Assembly (NCBI GenBank): GCA_030264375.1
Contig: JASCQW010000132.1
Location: forward strand, 82,098,231-82,162,230
DNA from: Carcharhinus longimanus
Taxonomy: Eukaryota
Direction of reading: 5' to 3'
DNA length: 64,000 nt
Part shown: piece by piece, positions 55,540 through 64,000 of the stretch
Position numbering within the stretch: the first letter of the stretch is position 1
Layout of the letters: every line of letters begins with the position of its first letter
Position numbers and translations under genes: made by a program
Notes under the pieces: generated by a model
Told to the model about the DNA's origin: nothing
The model's database searches: none
Seen by the model: only the letters and a program-made list of their open reading frames with translations

Positions 55540-55600
55540 CTTTGTCGTTTAGGGACGGAATGTTCCACTTCGATAGATTTCCCGTGCAGCTCCACTTTAC
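55540..55600 (-). CDS. IGF2BP3: IGF2BP3 coding exon 2 (end of RRM1)
   Basis: TATTGCCTCAG acceptor, 61 nt, (G)KVELHGKSIEVEHSVPKRQ(R), AAG|GTAAAA donor; phase matches exon 1. Confidence 0.94.
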
Positions 55601-56510
55601 CTGAGGCAATACATAAAATACAAGGGTGCGTGTTAAACACTTCAAACATCCAAAACTGACCGCTTTTAGTGCGTCGATCCTAAACGTTTAAGTTGATGCG
55701 TGTCTGACCAACTTGCAAGGACACACTAACGTTTAGAAATCTCGGGCTCCGACTGACAAGAAATTTCAGTGTAAATGTGAGGAAACCAGTAAACCGCAAC
55801 CCCTCCTAAAACTGATGTGAATAGGTGTATTTTTAAAATAATTTTTAAAAACAAAATCAAGTCGTGTCTCAATTGTTCTATAACCCTAATTTTCAGCCAT
55901 GTTTCTAGTGGTCGAGTCCTAAAGGACACTTTTGGGGACTCAGTATGGCCGACTGGAAACGCATTCGCGCTTTCGGGGCGAAACGAACGAAAATAAAATT
56001 GATAGTGTCGAAGGTCTTTGGATAGGGAGCTTTTGCTTCTATTTGTATTTAGTGCAGTAGAAAATTTGAAGAACGCGTTCCTGTCTCAAGCAAACATTGA
56101 TTTGAATGGTGGCTCCGAGCTAAAGGCCTACAATTAAAGAGAAGGTGCAGCGACCCAGGCTGCATTCTCCCAATATCGTCCCCCCCCCCGGTAAACCGCT
56201 GCTCCAGTTTAAATAAGGAATGAGCAAATCATAAAAGCATCCCCGTGCAGAATGTATCCTGGTTTAGTTACTGCTAAAAGCCACTGGGAGCTATAATCAT
56301 TAAACAGAGCAGGAAGGGGGAAAAAAAGACCGCGTGCAGAGGCGGCACAGACCGGGGTCCACTAAAAATGTGTACATTTAATCCAAATTAGATTATAGGG
56401 TAGAAGGAAAATCCCCAATTCCTTCAGCGAACGTCTGAAGAAAGTGTGGCGGGAAGCAGGGAGTGTGGAAATGGATATTTATGAAACACTCGGGAGTAAA
56501 CAGCCTTCCC

Positions 56511-56530
56511 CCTCCTCCTCCTCCTCCTCC
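56511..56530. repeat. (CCT)n/(GGA)n microsatellite in intron 1
   Basis: About 6.5 CCT units; source of the poly-Gly/Pro/Ser spurious ORFs. Confidence 0.85.
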
Positions 56531-56661
56531 ACCCACTCCCAGTTCAGTTTGTGCGAAAGTGGTGCGCAAGAAGCTGCTTTTAGGCCTCGCACCAAACAAG
56601 GTTCACGGCTCTTTAGCCTCAAAACTTGAGATCACATTGGGGAGTGCACGGGATTGAGTTA

Positions 56662-57000
<339 letters not shown>

Positions 57001-57173
57001 TTAGCAGTCTAGAATGGCGGGCTGTAGAGAGAAAAAAAACTATTTTTTTGTCTTTCCCCCAAAACCCCTTTCGCAAACAGGCTGTGAAAATGTCACACCG
57101 CACGTTACTAGTAGCACCGCCTCTGAATAAAATGCAGCTTCAAAAAATCCCTGAATATTCCGGCTGAATGAGC

Positions 57174-57207
57174 CACGTGGTCAAACTACACATCAACTTC
57201 TCACGTG
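57174..57207. promoter_or_regulatory. Pair of canonical CACGTG E-boxes
   Basis: CACGTG at 57174-57179 (in CCACGTGG) and 57202-57207 (in CTCACGTGAG), about 330-370 bp upstream of the ATG. Confidence 0.6.
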
Positions 57208-57561
57208 AGGAATGCCAGCTATTCAAAGATACTGGGGGAGAGGGGGAGGAGGAGCAAGCTTTACACTAACAATCGGAGAAACATACCGATTGTGGAATAA
57301 CAGTTGTTGGAGCGCTCTTTTTTCCCCCATCCCCCCCTTTTCCTTCTGCCTTCCCATTCGCACACAGCCCGACTCTTAGACCCTATCAAGCGTCTTCAGC
57401 CTCGCTACCATTGACCAAGTTTTTTTTTCTCTCTGCTTGCGAATTTCATTCATTGGTTTAAATCAAGCTGCCATTTACAAGGGCAATGGCGCGAAAATTC
57501 TCCTGACTGCTGCAGTTCACCCAATGTAGTGGTTGCGCGAGTTGCTGATGATGGTGGCAAT

Positions 57562-57607
57562 GGGGGGGGGGGGGTTGGTTGGCTAGCGGCGGGGGGGTAG
57601 GGGAGGG
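57562..57607 (+). other. G-run cluster, potential G-quadruplex in promoter
   Basis: G13, G7, G4 and G3 runs within 46 bp. Confidence 0.45.
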
Positions 57608-60600
57608 TATTTTCTTAATGATCTACCCATCCTGTTCTTCTCCCCCCTCCCCCGTTGAAGCTGAATAATGTAGAAAGGACACCACGTTCAGATGTATAAC
57701 GCGTCGCCACCACAAACTGAAACGTTGCAATGGCTGCTCCTTAATAAATAAGGCGTATTTTTTTTAAATGTCAAAATCTTCAAGCTACGTTTTTGTCCGT
57801 GTGTCTTCATCCCCAGATTTTGACTGGTGGTGGGACCCCACCAAAAAGGACAATTCACACGATCGCATCGAAATTCTGGTCGAAAAAAAGATCTTGTGAA
57901 AGTTTTAGCAGTTTCGCCGCTTTCTTATTCAATTCGAGCTAAGAAGCCTACATCACTGTTGTTCACACAAGACAACGTTGCCGTTTTAAAATATTGGAAC
58001 TAAGGGTCTTTTGTCTTTGAAAGGTTGTTGGTTTTAACGTTTGCCCACAGATGTACTGGAGTAAGTTTGTTAAAAGTAGTGAATCCGGTCTGTTTGTTAA
58101 CAACGCGTGCCGAATCGCTTTCCGTGCAAATTTCTTTTTTTTAAATGGAGCGTTTTTGTGGCGAGGGGAGGAAAATTAGTGAACAAAATTCACATTGCAC
58201 AACTTCGCTGGCGGAAGTGTTGAGAACGAACGAAAAATGTACATCCGAGATTCAAAGCCCGTTTCCTTTTCTTTGTTGGCAGGCGCGAATGTAAGAAATT
58301 TGGTATTGCCGATTTAAAATTGTTTAAAGCTAAAGCGCCCTTTAGCGACATGGCTAACGATACCCGGCGTGAGGGAGGAAGCCTCCCGATGAAAAGCAAA
58401 TAATCGTTAATAAATTAATTTATATTTTGCGATCATTCCTCATGATTGGAGCTGTCTACTTTAATTGACTAGATAATATGCGGTGCTTTAGCGCATATCA
58501 CGTTTTTATATATTTAAAATTGAGCTAAAACATGCAATTAAAATACATTTCGTTCACGTTGACTCTTGCTAAATCTTCTGTTTCGATGGTATATTCCGTT
58601 TGCCCAATAATATTTTTTTCTGGGAATTTGTAATAGTCGTCGCAAAGTTTAAAATATATCGATTAGCCGTAAAGGATGGGCTTTTGTTTTGTTCCAAGCG
58701 TAATGGAGGTATGATTTATTGGTGTAATTTAAAAAGTATGTTGTAAAATAATTGCATTTGCTGCACACAATGTATTTGAGAATAGCCAAGAAAAACTATC
58801 CTTAATCTGGTGATCCAATTGAATATTTAATCTATGTAATTATTGTACTTGGAATTAGGGTCATTGTGCAAAATGACTGTTGTGGAGAGAGCAAATAACA
58901 TGTTTCATATGTTTAGAAAGCACGCAAAAATATGAAAATATCGACTTAATTTGGTTACCATATTAAATGATCAATTCGAGCACCACTTTAAATAAAGGGC
59001 GATCCAAAATGGGGGAGGGGCAACTGGAAAGTAGGACCTTATAGTAGCTGCATTGTTAAAAAATTGTTACCAAAAATTGCCTGGTGCAAAGTTAATAAAT
59101 ACAGAATGAACAGATCATAAATATCCAAACTCTGACACTTTGTAGAAGCTTATTTTATGGCAGAGAAGAGAAAAACTAGTTTGATATGTTTCATTGTAGC
59201 AGTGGTATCTATTTTCAATCTTTGTTCTACCAGTAGTTGGTTCAAACTCTACAGTTCCTTAAGGCTTTCTCTGCATTTCCCATAATCATCGACTCAACTT
59301 GAATCAGGTTTAAATACCAAAGGTGTCAATGTATCTCATTTGAAATGATCAAAAACTGATAGCAAATCTAAACTTTTAACAACATGTTACTTTTAAATTG
59401 TGATTATAGTTTATCATTTTCATTTGAAAATGAAAGATATTAACTAGTTGATCAGAAAAAGTCCTTATTTTCAACTTTCAATTATCTTAAACTAATACCA
59501 GAATGTTATAATGCTTCAATGTTGGAATATATAAAATGTGCATTCAATATAGTGACAAACAAGTTGCAATCTTGTTTTCTATTTAAAAAATACATTCAAA
59601 ATGGGGGAGCTACCCTCTAAGATTTTAAAAAAAAGTAGAAACCAAGAACTTGCGATTAAAGCCATATACAAATTTCTGAAAATCTTTGTTAGTACGGTTT
59701 GAATTTTATCCATAATCTTTTAAAATCAATACTTAAAATATTGAATTGACAAACCCTTTTTTTCACTAGAACACATGTAATTTTGTTTTGAGAAATATAT
59801 TAATTGAGTAGATATTGTAGTCTCTCCTAACAATAAAAAGTGCAATTCCTTAAAATGCCCCACTGTTTAAACCAATATTGCATGAGGATAAATGAAATGG
59901 AAATTAATAAACCTGATTGGGGGGGGGGTGAAAATTGCACATTATAAGCAGTTATACTTGTGGTTAAAAGTCTAATTCTAATTTATTGTAGCTAGGGTAT
60001 TTTTGATAATTGATTTACTCTTTAATATATAAATTAATCAGTTAATGTTCTGCAGAATTTCAACAACTCCGAAATAAATTAATTTTATAATTTAAGGTGT
60101 TGTAAGCATTGTACATCGCAGCATATTTGCTTTCCCCACTTATGAAAAAGTGGTATTATAAATATATTGAGTGCATGATAAATAATTATAGATTATTGAA
60201 ACTGTTTATCAAAGCTCCATGGTCTATTTAATACTGCATCATTAGAAAATTCTCAAAATGTTTGATGGAAAAATAGTTTGAAATTATTTGGAATGTTTTT
60301 CATCAGGATAAAAATCAGATTTGTTCTCTTAGTTTTCTTTATGCCTCCTCCATAGAGACATGAAAAATCTTTTCATTTTAAGAAATAATACAACTAGATA
60401 TTATGATGACATATTGATATCTGTAATACCAAATTTTGACTTATGATCTGGATGTATAATTGGTACATTGTTAACTGTATAAACTGGTTTAGGTCTAAAC
60501 ATCAAATTAGGTTTGATTAATCGAACTTGATTTTACTTTTGATTCTAAAGACAATTAGAAATTGATAAAATTAAGAGAGTGTCATGTTTGTATATAAGAT

Positions 60601-61337
60601 TCAGTAGAATTAAGGTTTTCTTTTAATGTTATCCAAAATTGGTACGCATTTTGTTGTCCAATGGGGCTTTTGCTTTCCTTACTCATAACTTTTAAATCAT
60701 GAATTATGAAGTTACCTAATTAACTTTACTGATCATTTTGTAATTGTTTTCACAATTATAGAACTATTGAATTGTTCATTGTAAACCAGATTCTGAAGTT
60801 TCTAGTGAAATGTCGAGCAAACGGACTGAGGTTGTGTGTGCACTGAGCAGTGTGAGTTTTGAGATCAGAATGCACAGTATAGATTGTAATAATCAATACC
60901 TTTATCCATCTGTTGCATTATACACCAAATAAAAGTATATTCATGTTTTGAAGTAAGATATTGGTATGTGAAATCAATGACTTCAAATAATTATTCAAAA
61001 TACATGAAAATTATATGGTCCAAATCTATAATTAATATTGCAAGATAAGTTATCCTCGTATTCTCAAAAAAAAATTTCAAGTTTCTCTTAATAAGAATAT
61101 TATCTAGCTATTCTAAATGATCATGATAGTATTAAAATTTTTAGTCCTCATTTCAACATTTGAATTTAAGAATTCTTGAAATGAAATGTTAAATATAAAA
61201 GAATTGTATTCCTTTTTGGTAAAGTTTTCTGCAATTATCCCATTAATTAACATTTTCAATGCTTTAGTTAAAAAATGAAGCAAATGTAAAGTGTCAATGT
61301 TAATACTCCCCAAGATTGAATAAATTTTACTTGTTGT

Positions 61338-61422
61338 TTAGCACCTCATTGGATATTACAATGTGATGCCTAGCCTGTTGACTTAGTACCTCAATGGACA
61401 TTACAAGATGATGCCTATTGAC
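61338..61422 (+). repeat. Short tandem duplication (~45-bp period)
   Basis: TTAGCACCTCATTGGATATTACAATGTGATGCCTA.. / TTAGTACCTCAATGGACATTACAAGATGATGCCTA.. Confidence 0.75.
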
Positions 61423-62457
61423 TCATCACCAAAAAAAAATGCAGGAAACTGTTCACACGTAAGAATGAGTAAAGTACGAGCACAGAGTCTTTAATGATTA
61501 CGTGATGGGTAACGAGATGTTNNNNNNNNNNNNNNNNNNNNNNNNNNNNNNNNNNNNNNNNNNNNNNNNNNNNNNNNNNNNNNNNNNNNNNNNNNNNNNN
61601 NNNNNNNNNNNNNNNNNNNNNATTGATATGGTGAAAGAAAATTTAGTTTTTAAAATCAACTTTTGAAATAAATCCAAAACATGTTTTTTGTCAAATTACA
61701 TTTAATAGGTGTCTTTATTTATGAATTGTCCATTTTTAATGGCATTTCACTCCACTCATTTATTTCTGTGTTTATGCGTGTATTCCTTTTTGTGCATTTC
61801 CTATGTTTTCCTTCTTTAAATATTTCCTTTATTTGTGTTCTTTCCTACAACTGTTTGGGCTTTTTTTCTTCACCTTATTTTCTTTTTGTTAATTTCGCAA
61901 TTTATTTATACTTTTCCTTTTCTTACTTTAATCTAAGCACTTCTACCATGTTAGCATTTTTTGGATTCTTCATTGTCTTTTACTGTTTTCATTTCTCAAT
62001 TATTTTCATTTGTAAAAAACTTAAATAGCTCATCACTAAGATATCTAACATTATTATCCAAACAACTTTTCTTTAAAAAACGCCTTGATGAAAAACAATA
62101 TATTAAGATGATTTTTAAATTAATTTTTATCATTGTTCAAATTTTTAAAAAGTTTCTTGGTATGAAATAGCAATGCAATAGTAGCAACTGGTGTAGTGCC
62201 ACAGTAGCGAAATCAATAACTGTGCTAGATAAGTCTGGAGATAGAAAAGGGCTTTCTTGGGAGATCAGATAGGTGCACGATAGACAGCAGAGAGACTAAA
62301 TTGGGGCTGGTTATTTCAAACTATGTGTACAAAGAGAGGGAATATGGTCAAAATTATTTAGAATAACCAGGCATTGTAGACAGGACAAAGGAAGTCTGAC
62401 TGCAGTGGAGGGAAGGAAAGAAATCTGAAGATAATTGAGAGATCAGAATGTTCAAAC

Positions 62458-62696
62458 TAAAAGCAGAAAATTCTAAAACTGGTCAGTAGGTCTGGTAGCA
62501 TCTGTGGAGAGAGAAACAGTTAATATTTTGAATCAAATATGACTTCTTCAGAATCTCTCAGTTCTTAAGGAGACTCATTTGAGTCAAGATGTTAATTCTA
62601 TTTCTCTATCCATGGATGCTACAATACCTGCTGAGCATTTCCAGCACTTTCTGCTTTTATTTCAGTTATCCAGCATTCGTAGTTTTTTGCTTTTAT
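62458..62696. mobile_element. Palindromic Penelope-like terminal repeat pair
   Basis: ~95-bp imperfect inverted arms (62460-62553 and 62562-62658) around an 8-bp spacer, with decayed hammerhead boxes at the centre. Confidence 0.65.
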
Positions 62697-64000
62697 CTCG
62701 CAATTGTTACATTCAGTTAAAGAAGGGCAGATAGCAAATTAATCAAATATTTGTAGTGCCTTCCTATAGCTCCTGTACTTAATGCTAATCATAAACGTTT
62801 TTATAGTTTCTAAATTGGTAAGAGTCTGAGAAATGCATATAGGTCTTTCTATTGAGAGTCACAAATTCTATTTGTTTTATTTGAAATATGGATGAATAAT
62901 CTGCTTCTTAAGATGAATGATGTTAAGTTTTCGCCGTATATTTCTTCATTGTTTGGGTTAGTTGTCACACCTTTTAACTGGACCCTATTTGCACCTGCAT
63001 CTGAAATACAGTATATGACAGGGTTCCAGACGTTCACCAAACACATCTGAAGACAGTTGTCAGGGGATGGCCAAAAGTTCTAATAACACCCCTTTCAATA
63101 CTCCTCTACTCCTTTGAAGAAGTGTTTGGTTCTGTTCTGTATCTTTTCAAAATAACATAGCTTCAGAGAGCAAGGATCCTGTCTGCCTGCCCCTGTCCCC
63201 ACACCACTCTGTGTGGTGCTGCATCNNNNNNNNNNNNNNNNNNNNNNNNNNNNNNNNNNNNNNNNNNNNNNNNNNNNNNNNNNNNNNNNNNNNNNNNNNN
63301 NNNNNNNNNNNNNNNNNNNNNNNNNCTCTGTGTGTTGCTGCATCAATAATAAATATGGGGGGGGGGAGGGGGGGGGGGACGGAATCAATTCTTCTCACTA
63401 TAGATTAATTTGAAGAGAAAGTCTAAATGTACGTTCTCATGACAAAACATTTAGTTTGTAAAAAAAAATGAGTTTGTTGAGGAAGTTTCCTATTAAATTT
63501 TCTAAAATCACATTTTTGTCTGAACTTCTGTATTATTTGGTTAAGGTTAACATTGATCAAGTCTTTCAGCTTCTTGAAGAATTTTCACAATTTTAGTTCA
63601 TAATTTTATATTTCTAAAGAGAATCATACAGGAGGCTATTAATCCTTCATGCCTGTTTGAAAGAGCTATCTAATTAGCCCCAATCTCCCGTTCCATATCC
63701 AGTTCCCTTTTCAAAGTTACTATTGAATTTGCTTCTATCATTCTTTGAGATATTATTCCGAATTTCAAAATCATAAAATATTTCCCTTGAGTTCAAACAA
63801 ATTGTACACTTGCTGAAATAGTGGTTGAATTGTTGCTTACTAATTTTAGTTAAATTATAAGTTTTATTGTTCAAATGGTTAGTTATCATATGGTTTCCTG
63901 TAGTGTTTTGAAATGTATCACTATGTAAACTAAAAGTTGCAGCATTGTGTTTTAAAGTGTATGATTTTTATGGATGTTTAGAATGAACAGATCAGCATTT

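Noticed and set aside
56393-56657. Poly-Gly, poly-Pro and poly-Ser ORFs
   Set aside because: Translations of the (CCT)n microsatellite in intron 1.
61681-62028. Phe-rich hydrophobic ORF that resembles a membrane or mitochondrial protein
   Set aside because: Arises from a T-rich low-complexity tract; no recognisable homology.
58700-64000. Neighbouring gene exons (e.g. TRA2A by human synteny)
   Set aside because: No recognisable exon or coding signal in this AT-rich stretch.

Overview
Vertebrate genomic DNA, almost certainly from an elasmobranch (shark), judged from its HE1/V-SINE, Deu-SINE, CR1, L2, L1, RTE and Penelope-like repeats. The draft assembly has several N gaps, mostly 100 N. The window holds the 5' part of IGF2BP3 (IMP3/Vg1RBP) on the minus strand: coding exon 1 (56841-56667, 175 nt), exon 2 (55600-55540, 61 nt) and exon 3 (28813-28765, 49 nt), all with canonical GT-AG sites. 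These encode RRM1 and the start of RRM2; I did not find exon 4, which presumably lies left of base 1. A CpG-rich but AT-rich promoter island spans about 55-58.7 kb. Almost all other ORFs in the track are decayed retroelement fragments or chance. I do not see a new multi-gene system. The most interesting signals are small: a complete minimal hammerhead-ribozyme core in the pre-mRNA sense of intron 2, a SINE split by a ~400-bp copy of nearby DNA, two clean micro-inversions, a recursive-splicing-like exon 2, a strong acceptor 10 nt before the ATG, and candidate enhancers. Repeat boundaries and families were read by eye and are approximate.
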